From contig NW_024704742.1 in the NCBI RefSeq assembly GCF_018977255.1, forward strand, positions 89,406,001-89,470,000: a stretch of DNA of 64,000 bases. The letters are read 5' to 3'. Positions 41,001-54,500 of the stretch are shown here, in pieces (within the stretch, counting starts at the first letter, position 1; every line of letters begins with the position of its first letter). This DNA comes from Callorhinchus milii (Eukaryota). The notes beneath the pieces are model-generated. The model worked only from the letters and a program-made list of their open reading frames with translations, searched no databases and was not told the DNA's origin. Made by a program: the position numbers and the translations under genes.

Positions 41001-41286
41001 CGTGAATTATGGTTGTTGCATTCCTTTGCAGTTAAACAATTGCAAGCCGCTGTACATTGCGTATATTCATTACATACATAAAGTATATTAGCAGGGTTTG
41101 ATTTCCACAGATCTATATAGCAGATTGATTTAAACATTGACTTGTCTGGCTATAGATTCAATTGGGAAGCAATGGATCACCAAAAATTGGGATGGGTTTT
41201 TCCGTTATAGGAGATCTGAATTTTGCAACCATTGATCTGTCATTTGGAAATTCCAATTCCTGTCTGTTGGAATACAGCAGCACTCA

Positions 41287-41298
41287 CCACTAGATGGC
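41287..41298 (+). promoter_or_regulatory. CTCF core motif
   Basis: CCACTAGATGGC fits CCACYAGRKGGC; motif match only. Confidence 0.35.
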
Positions 41299-41509
41299 CT
41301 TGTCCAGTAGCAGAGGATGCTGTTTCAATGACACTGGTGCATAACTATGCATCTGCAGCTCTCTGTATGGAGGTAATACAGTAGTGACCTAAAAAGGAAC
41401 CTTTTTATTTATGAATTGAGGCTTAAAACTGAACCAACTGGTTTGCAACTTTAATGTTCTGCTGCTACTTACCATTTCTGAAGCATTGCCCAATTACATC
41501 CTTTAGGTC

Positions 41510-41860
41510 ATTCAAAACTCTTGTTGCCCGCATACTGACCTGAACCAAACTCCATACCCACATCTCACCAGTTCTGGCCTGGCTCCCCATCACCGAACGG
41601 ATTGACTTCAAGATCCTCACACTCGTGTTCAAATCCATTCACTCCCTGACACCTTCCGACTCCTCAATCCATCACCCGGCGCCTCCGCTCGACTGGCCCC
41701 AGCCTCCTCCTCGACCCTTGACCCTCTTTCAAGTTCCTCCTGAAGACTTTCCTGTTTGTCTTTGCTTATGGCCACCATTCGGGAGTCGGACTCCACCATT
41801 GTTATACGCTCTGAGACGCTACCCTACATGGAGGGTGCCATATAAGTGCTTGTTGTTGTT
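41510..41860 (+). mobile_element. L2 3' fragment
   Basis: WLPITERIDFKILTLVFKS motif and a ttgttgttg tail. Confidence 0.75.
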
Positions 41861-43079
41861 GACCCTGCACTGCAGCCATGCTTATTGATGCCTTCATCAC
41901 ATCAATAATTGTCTTCTAAATGGCTATCCAAGGTGCACTCTTCCTAAACTTCCAACTAATGCAGAATTCCACAGCTAAAACCCAGTACAAGGTACTGCAC
42001 ATCTAGCTTCATTGGCTCCCAGTACCTCAAGGGTCAGGTTTTCAAATCCTTTTACAATTTCACTCCACTCCGCCAAGTAATCTTCATTTCATACCTGTTG
42101 TCTTTAATTTCCAATTCATTCTGCCATCAGGAATCAAGCTTTCTACCAGTACGCCCTGTCCTCTGGAACTGTCTTCCAATGTGTTGTCTCGCTCCCTGGT
42201 GTTTAAAACCTGTTTTTGCCTGTATGTTTGCTCCATTTTTCAAAATCCCACATTTTCCAATGTACACCATTTATTAACACTGATTTGTTTTCCGTATGAA
42301 ACTTGTTATAGCACAATTTGACTCTCCAATCTCAACATGATTGACTGTAGCATCAACATGTTCTCATACAGTAATTTAATCTTAAGTTTTAAACTGCTGC
42401 ACAAATGTTGTAAATCAATGGTTTGTCCTGTCCTACAATCAAGAGCAAAACTCATTTCTAAGGACTTGACTGATCTTGATCTATAAAATGTAATTTGTAC
42501 CAAGGCATTGATAGATGTTACTGAAGTATTGCTTGTAGTTTTATGAAAGATTTTAACTTGTTCTCCAGTACAACCTACATTGTTGAGCTTGAGTTAGGTA
42601 ACATTATCCCATTTGGCTGCAATGACTGGAGGTTATTTTTGTTGCTTTTTCATTCCTGAAAGTTTGTAGTTGACAGCAGAGAAATAAAATTTCAAAAACA
42701 ATGCATTGCTGTTTAAGTTCAAAGTGTTAGTTTTTGAGACTTCTTCCCCGCCATAGATTTTTTTTCTTTGTATTAGGTGAATCCAGGTCATTTTATTACT
42801 GATTTTCTTATGACCAATGTTGCTCAATCCTGAAATGTATCACACAGAAGCAAGTAAATTGAATCAAATTGAACCTGTTCTTGCTGTAGGGTTATTGTGA
42901 ATGCTACTTGAACTTGGTAATCTGTAAGTAAAGTAAGGGCAGCTTAGGCTCCTGTTCAGATTTAACATTTTTGTAAAGTCACTTAAGAGTAAGTGAGGTC
43001 AATTATAATCTAGGACAAGAAGCCTTGTTGAATAATTTTAAGCAAGTTCAAAAGGTAATGTTGACTTATCTATCTTTAG

Positions 43080-43421
<342 letters not shown>

Positions 43422-43859
43422 TAGCAGTAAAAATACTCAAGTATTCTGAGTCTCCAGTTACAAATAGCCAATGTAGTTGCTTGACTGCAATTTCTGCTTC
43501 TGAATGTAGAGGCTTTTTGGGTACTTTTTCTCTAGAAGACACTATTGGGCTTGATATAAGTTGCTATTTAAAATTTCTTTTACTCAACTTGAGAATCAGT
43601 TGACTAAGATGTGTGGCTCATTACTCGTCAGCCATGGTCTATTTGCTTTAATTGGATCATTGTCGAGGTAGATTATAGACTACTTGGTGGGAGGGAAGAA
43701 AGCAGGTAGGTGAGTCTATGTTTTCAATGCAGAGAACGTAAACAGTGGGTATACAAAGTGATAAATATTGTTTCAGTCATAAATTTGATTCCATTGTTCT
43801 ACTATTTCTAATTTACTCATTCCTCATACCTCATTCTAAAAGCTGCAGAAACCCTGGTC

Positions 43860-44266
43860 CATTCCTTTGTCACCTTAACTACTCAAACGCCCTCATCGCC
43901 AGTTTCCGCTACTTTCTATGTTCTCATCCGCACTAAACTCTGTACCTCCATTACCACATCCTTGTCAAACTCCATTGTCACAGAGCTGATTGATTTCAAG
44001 ATCCTCACTCTTGTACTTAAATCCCTTCATGCCCTGGCATCTCCTTATCTCTCCAACCTGTTCTCTCCCTACACTACTACCCGCTGCCTCCTCTCGACTA
44101 GCTCCAGCATCCTCCTTGTTCCCTAGACCCTCTGCCCCACCATCGGCGGCCATGCATTCAGCCACTACGCCCTGAAGCTGTGGAGCTCTCCCTCCACCTT
44201 GCCCCTTCGCTTTTCACTTTCACGCCGTCTGGTGTGAAGGGCGCTATATAAATGCGAGTTGTTGTT
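43860..44266 (+). mobile_element. L2 3' fragment
   Basis: LNYSNALI and IDFKILTL-like motifs; tail gtgaagggcgctatataaatgcgagttgttgttg. Confidence 0.8.
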
Positions 44267-44941
44267 GGGTGTTAAATGTAAATTTTGTGTGGACAAATAT
44301 TTTGGTAGTAAGGAAAATGAAAAGCCAAAATGCAAGGGAGAGCAAAGCTATATTCTGATCAAGTATTTTTGAATGTAACAGCTGCATTGAAATTATTCTA
44401 CTCATTGTAAAACCAGGTTATATGGGAAAAAAGGAGAAATTATACATGAATAACTTATATTTTGGATCTCAGCAAGTTGCATGCTCTTCCACAGCTGTTT
44501 TGATTTGCTATTTAAAGCATTTCTGTTTAAGCTGCTTCAAAAAGTAGTTTGCTTAATCTATCTCTGAAAGCTATATAATTTGGATAACTATAGCTTTGTG
44601 GAACATAATGACAGTAAAAGCACCAAATTAAGCATGCTGGCTGCAGGACAAGAAATGGTGATACTGCAGTGCGGAAGGAATTTTTCTGGGATGTACAATC
44701 ACAAAACTAACTGAAGAATGTAGAATAGCTGTAATCCCAGTTATAGACAATGTCATTGTGTGTCTACCTGATCGTTTGACGCAATGAAGAATGTGCAATC
44801 TTAGCACGTAATTTAACTTTTAGATTTAAATTCAAAAATATTCAGCTCCTTGGGGAACGTAGAATGCTTAGATCTACTTGTTGCTGGCTCCTAGAAAGCT
44901 TTGCTGGTCTTACTGGTGAAGCAGCATAGCTTTGGTTTCCA

Positions 44942-45209
44942 AACACGCCTCTGTTTACCTAGCAGTAAGTAGGAACCCAGTTGTTAGTTGATTGGCGGGT
45001 TGCTTTTCCGAGGATAATAATTTCTTCAAAAAAATTAAATTGATCACTTAATCCACGACTGTTTGTGGGACACTGCTGTGCGCCATTGGCTGCTGCATTT
45101 CGCCCACAATATATACAGTCAATCCACTTTACAGTATATTCTGTGAAACGCTTTGGGAAAGCTCAAAGACGTGATAAGCGGCTGTATCAAATGCAAGGAT
45201 TATTATTAT
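44942..45209 (+). mobile_element. 5'-truncated tRNA-derived SINE, long form
   Basis: Matches the body and tail of the 47213 and 59070 copies. Confidence 0.88.
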
Positions 45210-45811
45210 CTATGAAGGAAATTCTTCTCTTGCTCCTAAGCTCAGGATGGCCCAAAACCAAATCAACTGATGGGCATAGTAAGACTAACTATCGACAAAC
45301 TGACTTGAGCAGCGCACCAGCTATTAATCTTTCAACCAGCCCACAATATTATGCCGAGAGTTCACTCAAACTAGTGTATAACTTGCACCTAACTGCTCGT
45401 GAAGCAAAATACGATTCTGCCTGTGAAACTTCTCCCACATGTTTTTTTGCTTAGAGTCCTGTCATAAATATGAACTGTGGTGTAAATATCCCTTGAGTAA
45501 AATTTGAATTGAGAGGTATACAATGGGGTAGATATTGTAATAAAAACGTTGGGAACGGCAAGATGGATTGCAATGGTCTTTTCCAGTCTGTACATTTTTT
45601 AATTCCATATGTTGCAATAAATATTTGCTTGGCCTACCAGCATTCTATCACAGTTTGGTCTGTGTGCCTAGCAATCATTGGATTGAACTATGAAACATTT
45701 GTCTTTGTAATTAAACTGAGTGCTATTACATCATGTAATGCATAGAAGCAATCTACCTTGGAAGTGAATTCAACTTAAAATAGTTTTTTTTAAAAAATCT
45801 CCCAAATATAA

Positions 45812-46161
45812 TAATTATTTGATATAGCATCTTATCACATTTTAGATGTCTCAACGCGTTTCATAGAATATGTAAAGTGAATCGACTATTTTGTGTGCGA
45901 AACGTGGCAGCCAGTTGCACACAGCAGTGTCCTGCAAACAGTTGTGGGTTGAGTGACTAAATTAGCATTTTTAAAAAAATATAGATACATTGTTTTGAAG
46001 GGGTTATTACCCCCAGAAAAGCTATCCGCCAATCAATTGACCGGATTTCTACTTACTAAGGAAATGATGGCATGCGGACTAACATTTTGCCCTTCCCGGG
46101 AATCAAATCCAGGTCTTCTTGCTCATGAGGCAAGTGTTCTAACACTAAGCTGCAGGACTCC
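45812..46161 (-). mobile_element. tRNA-derived SINE
   Basis: Reverse complement of the family; the head ends ...gctgcaggactcc. Confidence 0.85.
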
Positions 46162-47212
46162 GCAATACTTGCCAATCTCATGAAAATCAGACACGTAGTT
46201 TCTTGCTGATTTTTATGTTGGATTGTAAAAGTTGAGCTCAGTAAAATTAATTGCACAGAGAGCTTGGTTTAACTTTAAATGATTTTGTTCAAACCTTCAA
46301 TTTCCATGTTTCAAGCTTTGCATATTACTGTACCCTTTAGAAAATCGAACTATTGCCATAACTCCAAAGGTGTAATTGCAGAAAGTTCTTGAGAGAATTC
46401 CATGGGTACGCTCTCCCTGTTTCCATTCATTTTAATGAGATGAAAACCAGTTAATTTTCACTTCAGAAGATTGAACACCTCAAGATTAAAGGAAAGAGTA
46501 TTCCATTGGGAAGTACTTTCATTGAAAATGGTTTTCCCACCCCTTTGTTTCAGCTGTTTAACTTTTTTCAAAGTTCTTACTAGTTGAGGCAATTTGAAGT
46601 GCACACTATGTTCTATCCTTTAAGTCTGAAAGAAGCTTGGCCATCCCCTTAATCTTGGCTGTAGATTTAAATTGGTGAGACTCCGTTCACCTTTTTTGTT
46701 TCCTGAGCTTAAAACGAAGATCTAATCCATATTGGATTGATGTGGCCAGCTTCAGAAATTTATAACTAGTTCTCACTATCTGCTCAGGTGAGAATTTTTT
46801 TTTTATTCTGCAAAATATTTGGTGTGTTTGGGTACTCTGATTCCAATGTTTCAATCATTTGAACTAATTGGAACTATGTGAAACTAAATGGTTTAATACA
46901 TCTCATACTGGCTTTGGAAAGTTTTTATTCTTGATGGTCTTCAGTTACTTGAATACTTAATCTTGTTTTGGTTACATGCAGAGATTAGATTCTTACATTT
47001 GATTAATTTGAGAACGCAATGGAAGCCAGTTGTGCCAGCAATGTTGAATTACAATTCATCAAGTAGGTTTAGTGCTTGTGATTGAGCCAATTCAGTCAGA
47101 CTTTCCAGGCTGACTTTTTTAATGCATATAAAATATTGGATAACCTTTCTGATTACACTAACTCCTGATTGCTCAACCCTGTCTTATAACTTGTCACTAC
47201 CACATCCATGCT

Positions 47213-47575
47213 GGAGTCCTGTAGCTCAGTGGTAAAAAAAGCACTCACAAGCGAGAGACCTTGGTTTGATTTCCGGCAGGGCGAAATGTTGGACAAGTTT
47301 CCTTACTCCATTCACCTGTTTACCCAGCAGTAAGTAGGAACCTGGTTGTTAGTCGATTGGCGGATCGCTTTTCTGGGGGTAATAATTCTTTCAAAAAAAA
47401 AAAAAGATCACTTCAATCCTCGACTGTTTGTGGGACACTGCATTATGCAATTTGCTGCTGTGTTTCGCCCACAAAATATACAATCAATTAACTTTACAGT
47501 ATATTCTGTGAAGTGCTTTGAGATGTCCCAAAGACGTGATAAGGTTCTCTATCAAATGGAAGCATTATTATTATT
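47213..47575 (+). mobile_element. tRNA-derived SINE, long form, full length
   Basis: GGAGTCCTGTAGCTCAGTGG head through the attattattatt tail. Confidence 0.9.
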
Positions 47576-49478
47576 CTGTCAGTATCGCAGCTGCATGTTT
47601 TTGTGTTTATACATATGTCTATCTTATCACTGAGCCCTTTTCCCTTGGAATGACAAGCTCTCAGGAGTTTATCTGTTTTCCATGTTTTCATAATCCACTA
47701 GTGTAATTGGGATATTAAAAAAGAAAAGACTTGGGAAGAGAAGGAAATAAAAGATATACAGGGAATAGGGTTAAAAGATCTACTGTGCTCTTAGCAAAAT
47801 GGAAACTGGCTCTACTGCCTACTTCTGTAAATATCTACAATTAGTAAAGAATACATCTCATTAATTTTCAACTTTTTTTTTACTTTAGTGGTACGGTTCC
47901 AACTAGCAGCGGCTGCCCTTCTGTATGTTCAGGGTTCTAGTTTTTGTTTGAGTATTTTATATAGTCTAATTTTCTAGATTTGAATTACTATAAGTTTCAA
48001 TTTATTTTTTGAAAACTTTTGAAACAAGATGATTAATGTTTCTTTGTGTGCCTATATTCTAAACTTGTTTGTAACCAAATGTCAAGATTATTTTGCGGTT
48101 GAGTTTATAGGCGTTGGGGGCTGGTCCAATTGTGCATGTCTTGTGTTTTGATAAGGAAGATGGGTTTATCAAAGTATTATCCCACAAAGACTACTAGTTC
48201 TTGGTTGGACAAGATGATTCCTACCAAAGTTATGATAACTCAGGCCTGTGTGTTTTTATAATAATAATTCTTGCATTATTATATAAAAATTTGAAGGGCT
48301 TATTATCTCCAGAAAAGCGATCTGCCAACCGGGTTCCAATTTACTGCTAGGTAAACAGAAGCATGTGGAGTAAGGAAACTTGCCCAACATTTCATCCTTG
48401 ATGACGATTTCCTGCAGGGACTTAAATGCTTTGTATACAAGTTTTTTGATCTGTTGACTCAGGATTGTTTAATTATTAATATTTCAATCAAGCCTACCGG
48501 TCTACTAGTAAGATCCCATTTACAAATTCTGCACTGACAGATTTGTTTGTTATGGTGAGTTCATTGGCTAACAAATTGTGAAGAATGCAGTTAAGTGTTT
48601 TTATTACATGACCAGGTCGACTCCAGAAATAAAATTGCTTAAGTGCTCTCTTTTGCTAGATGAGTTAAGTTTCACCTGTATTAATGTTTGTTGCTTTAAG
48701 CTTTGTACCCTTTATTTGCTCCGTTGTTATCTCCTTGTGCGAGTGGTTTCTACTGTTAAAATGGTAACTTGAATACCTCACTTTTGATAAGGATATAGGT
48801 GAACAAGTGTCAGAGGTATCAGAGCCTGATGCTGATGGGTTGCACTATCCTGAATTTGGAATGGAGTTTTGAAGGCAACGCAGTTATTTACAAAGTGTAA
48901 TGGAGAATCTTATATTTGATGTGCCTTTTGCTATCCTGATCGCATTTTGCAGACTTCATACTCATGTGAAAGTTAATGGCCTCTCTACCTCAATTACCAG
49001 GCCTTATCTTTTATCATAGGATTTCGTAAACTTGATAGATTAGCTCCTTTCTAGATTTTATTTTGGAAAGGCTATACCATGTTTACTAAGCATTTTAGAT
49101 CTTTAAGGTACTCATTTTGCAGTGTCTTAACATTCAAGTTCCAGACTGCTGGTGGCCAAGTTGAAGGATCAGTGAACCATTTGCTTGCTTTCCGATATTG
49201 AAATCATCCAGAGTTGAATGTTAAAGTTGAATATTCCAGTTATTTGCAGCAGTTTTAAAGCTTCATGGACCTCCTTGCAAATAAATGTTGGTATCTTTCC
49301 ATTGGAGAAGCTTCCACATCCAGTAACTGTTAATGTGATTGTAGTAGAAACATGCATTAGATATGGATGGTCTTGAGCAGAAAGGCATACATTTTACCAC
49401 TGCAGCTGGTAGAAATTTCCCAGAGGGCAAAATTTTATCTGGCATACACACAATTCATAGTTTTCTCTATTAAAATAG

Positions 49479-49862
49479 CGTAGCTCAGTTGACAGCGAGA
49501 GGTAGCACTTTCAAATCCAAAGTTTTGAGTTTCAAGCCCTTAAGTTCATAGCCCAGGATGACACTCCCAATTGGTGGAATGCTGCCTTATCTGAGATGCT
49601 GTCCTTTGGCTGAGATATTTAAACCAAGGCCCAGTCCAGATGGATATTAAAGATTCAGATAGTGCCAATTGTTAAGTGTTTCTGCAGTGTCCTGGTCAAT
49701 AATCAACAATCTCCGTAATAAAAAAAGTAATTCTCTTCATTGCCTGTTGTGCTCAAATTGGCCGTAGCGTTCACCAACAAATACTCACTATTTCAGATAT
49801 TTTTGTGAAGTGCTTTGAAACATTTCAATGTGATATGGTGCTATATCAAAAACTATTTATTA
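49479..49862 (+). mobile_element. Older DeuSINE-like element
   Basis: tagctcagttg head; gagatatttaaaccaaggccc..gatggatattaaagat..gtgtcctggtcaata block; family tail. Confidence 0.65.
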
Positions 49863-50889
49863 TGGAGGGGAGGGAAACCTTTCAGAGCATTTTGAAGCAT
49901 ACAGATATGTTCCCAATTTTAGCTAGTTAAACTGCTCTAAATCTACTTTCCTATCCTTTATTGATAGCCAGTGAAACGAGTGTGTATCTCCTAATGTACA
50001 TCATTGTATTGTTTCATATGCACCGCTGCTGGTATTCTGAAAGGTTGTTTTGTAATTCTCTTGTGGGTTTAGCGTTCACCAGTAGTTGTTTGTTAACATC
50101 CTGGTTTTGAAGTCACAGATTTGTCTTGTATTTCACCTAGTCCAAGGAGACTGAAACAGCAGCCTGCTATGTGGTGATTAGTCTTGTCTGAATACCCTAG
50201 CCATCACGTAAAAAAACAAAGTTGCCGATTCAGAACCCACACTTTGGGCTACTTTAATGTACACTTTCATGCATTTATCACAACTTTCATGCTCTATAAG
50301 ACTCTTGGTTGTACCTGCCCCATAGTCTCTTGGTTGCATTATTTCTGCTCCATTTTTATACCTTCCAGTGTTCTGTCAAACTAGTTTATTGATACAGTTC
50401 CATAATTCCCAACAGCCTACCACACCCCTGTCCAAGTGGCCATGTTTCAGGTAAACCTAGAATTGTAGTCAAGCTCAATCCCTTTCAGCATCCAGATGTA
50501 TATTGTTCGAGGTTGTGTATTTGAGCAGTTGGAATCTTGATTTCTTTCCCTCCATTGCCTATCTCAGGAATGCAAAAGCAAATCCTGAAGTTGGGGGTGG
50601 TGAAGAATAAAGCATTCAGTCTCAGATCTTTCAGATCAGATATTTAGGAGTGTATGTCTGTATTGTTCCAACAGAATGCTTTTAGACATTCAGCGTGGCA
50701 CGTCCTCACCTTATGAGGTTGTATTGGTGTAATTGCAGGATTCAAATCGTTCTTCAAGGAACTAGTCCAAATGCTAGGAGGCATTGCTGTCTTAGAATGG
50801 ACTGGATTTTTGAGCCACTGTTTGGGTTTTATTTTTAAATGAAAACATGAGAGATTTTAAGTTTCATTATAATGGGGATACATGTTGAA

Positions 50890-50957
50890 TAGCTCTTTCA
50901 AACAGCCGACGGGCCGTATGGCCTCCTTCTGTGCTGTATAATTTTATGATTCTATAA
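50890..50957 (+). mobile_element. CR1-type 3' end remnant
   Basis: gggccgtatggcctccttctgtgctgtataattttatgattcta resembles CR1 3' termini. Weaker remnants at ~33480-33560 and ~62940-63070. Confidence 0.5.
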
Positions 50958-51415
50958 TTATGGAGGGAAACCTGTTTTGAATAATTTGGCAGAAACACGC
51001 CTGGAAAGTGCTATGAGCAAGAAAAAGAACTTGCTGGTTGGAGGAAACTGGAAGGAGATGAGTTTCAGATATTTAACATATCCATTTGCCCTTCATATCT
51101 GAAACTTCCTTGATTAACTTGGCTGTTCACCTGGCTTTATGCCCCTATTCTGAAATATTGAATATCGGAAGTGTGCTATTTTTTGTAGACTTGAAGGCTA
51201 AACTTCTTAGCCTATATTTTAGAATTGTGGGAAACGTGGCTTTAAAGGATGCTCATAGAATTGCAAATCTGTTGATTCTTGGGTTTCTAATGCAATAGTT
51301 TGAGCTGTGTGTGTTCCTCCTGGCCAGAAAGGTGGTATTTAAATGCAATTTGTCGTGGGATATGAGTGTTGGATTTGGGGGTGGGTGCATGTTGGTTCAA
51401 TGAGCTTTTCAATGA

Positions 51416-51598
<183 letters not shown>

Positions 51599-54500
51599 TA
51601 GTTAATATATTCCTATTTGTGGGGATTTAGCCATGCAATCTCTAGTGGTTTGAGTGACTTAGGATACTGATTCTGACTAGAAAGATTTCTGGTCTATACT
51701 GAGTTGATGGATTTAAGGGTTTAAAGGTATTGCAATTGGCACCGGCAGTTCTGAACCAAAGGAGAAATGTGTTCCTACCCCTAATTTGCTACCAAGTAGT
51801 TTCCTGCTTGGATGTGTGGTGAGGATAGGATCAGACTAGTTAGTGCATCTCTTAGGTTTACGGTCTTTATAGCAGATCTAAAACTACAAAGTGTAATCCA
51901 CAAATCTTGAATGTTATCTGAAATTCACCCGTTCAGGGCTATCACCAGTATTCTAAGTGTTCTGTTTGAGAGGAGGGAAGAAATGCTCTTGGAAGGAGCT
52001 TAGACCAGAAACTGAGCTGTTAAATATAATGTCTGATTTTGCTATGGCTTCAAGCAGTGTGACGGGGTCTGTACAGAATTAAGATAGAGGATGTTGCTGA
52101 ATTTGTGTTTAAGGTGAAGGCTTGAGACTCATTTAGATTTGTTTATCTATTACATAATGAACAAAATGTGCAATTTCCAACAAGTGAAGAGAGGGGCAAA
52201 GCACTAAACCTGGTAGAAGCTCATTCAGAAAATCCCAGCAATAACCTAGCCCAAAGACAATGTCTCAGTGCACTAGTTTGGATACAGCTCATGTTTTTCA
52301 CTCCTGCTACAAGCAGTGAACTGCAGTTGTTTTGCCTATAACAGTGTGATTTGAACTTACAAAATATTGCTGCAGCAGTGTTGAACATGATTATGAAACA
52401 AGATAAATCTGTACTGGGCTCATAATTATTTTCTCAATTCTCCACACATCAGCTTCTGGTGCTTTAAGCCAGGGTTTATCTGGCATCTTAAAGCTGAATC
52501 CACTCAAAGTACAAGAGAATCTTTTTTGAAAAAACATAAAAATTCAATTTGTGTTTACTTAACCACAAATGTGTATTGAACTCGTAATTTGTGGTCTTGA
52601 AATGTGGAAAAGATACAAGTTTTTAAGTGTCTACCAAATTCTAAATCTTCAAATGCAAAACTTGTACAAGTGATTTTCTTTTTGAGGGGAGCAGAAGTCA
52701 TTGTAGTATTGCTTGCCCATAAGTAAGGGAAGATTTGGTAATATCAAATTTATAAAACTACAAACATGCTTAGGTTTACCTTATACTTGTAAGTCTTTGA
52801 TGCAGATATCTGATAACTGGGGTACCAATTCAGTTTCTTCCGTTCATTCACTCCTTTCATGTAATAAGTCATCTGGTTAAACCTGGGGAGGGTGGGCAGA
52901 GAGAGAAAGAGAGGTTTGTCGTAACTGGGGTCTCTGTTACTGGACTGGTTCTGAGGTGTGCTTTGCAGATCTTTGATCTGCATTAACATATGGTATTTTT
53001 GGCTGATCACCAAGCCTGTGTGTCAATTTTTGGGAAGTGCAAATGTGTCCTCAAGCCCCTCTCCAAGCCAAAGCCCTACATGAGCAGGAAGATCAGAGCT
53101 GGATAAGGAGCAGTACCAGATGACATTATTTTTATGTGATCATAATAGCAAAAAAATTGTATTTTTGCAGAAATGTGCAATGTTCATAAATCTTAATGCA
53201 TCTTGTGTGACCACTAGAGGCAGATGAACTGTGGAGATGAAGAAATGCGTGTTTCACCTTAGCTTGTACTTTCCCTGCAATACAAATGTATTGATCTGGA
53301 CTGTGGTAAAGGAACCTATTTGGAAGTTTAATTAAACTTGAGTGAATTTTATTGATGCCATCAATCAGTGATGACACGAGAATGCTAGTTCTTTTCATGA
53401 TTTAACTGGCTTGACAGTATTGTGGTGCTGTGTTTTACAAATGGTGGAGCGGTGCTACTCTGAGGGGAAAAAAAACTGAGGATAGCTGGTTCTGATTTCT
53501 AGGGTGAATGGAGTTAAGGTGGGAAATGGCTGGAGAAGCAATAGAGCAGACTAGGTTCAAGTTTACCATGTCCATGGCTTGTTTGGGCTAAATTGCTGCA
53601 TGCTATTTGCTGTGGTGTTCAACATTTGCAGATTGTCCAAACATACAAGCTGCACTACAGATGTCATTTAAAATGCAAATGATCAAATTTAGCCAACACA
53701 GGCACTATGGTTACATGCATATGTACATTTTCCCATCAGTTGTCCCATTTCTGATAGATATTCACTTTCTGTATCATGGTTCTGAACTTTCTGCTTTTTT
53801 TAAGGGGTGGTGGAATTTGACCACACAAAGTTGGGGAGGGAAGAGGAGATTGGGCAAGTTATCAGCTTGCCGTTGGAAAAAATGAATTTCTTAAGCAGTG
53901 AGAAAATGTCTCAATTTAGCCATACAGAGAATAAATATGAACATTTAAGTGCAGTCATGGGAGCACTGAATAATTCATAAGTGTAGTCGTTGAAACATTG
54001 CTCATCTTGCCTTGAACTATTTGCTTCATTTATACTATTGCCTGTTTTGCTGCTGCAGCAGTTTTTTCACCACGTCTAAGGAATATGTTCCTTGAAACTA
54101 CCCAGGAAAGGTATTAATAGGGCACGTAGCCTATGTAACAATCTTGATCTTGTGCTGTACACAGTGGTTCTTCTGCAGCACTTGGTCCAGTAAGTTTGTG
54201 TTACCTTAAATCTATCTTTGATATCAAATATTGGGTGCTTTTTTTCCCTCTCCGGTTTAGAGGGTGTGCTTGAATCTTGTATTTGGAACCTAATATTCTT
54301 CAACACCAGAGACTTAAATTTAATATACAGACTGACCTCAGCATAACTATCCCTGGTTATTACCATCCCTCCGGTTATATCCAACTCGACAGCGAGACCT
54401 GTTTTTTTCTGAAATTGTTAAAAGATTTAAGGGGGGAAAAGAAATCTCAGGAAGTGATCTGCTATTGTATTCCAATTTAATAAAGACAGTTTTACAGTTG

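Noticed and set aside
53211..53223. Second CTCF-like motif CCACTAGAGGCAG
   Set aside because: Lacks one G of the core, so too weak to call.
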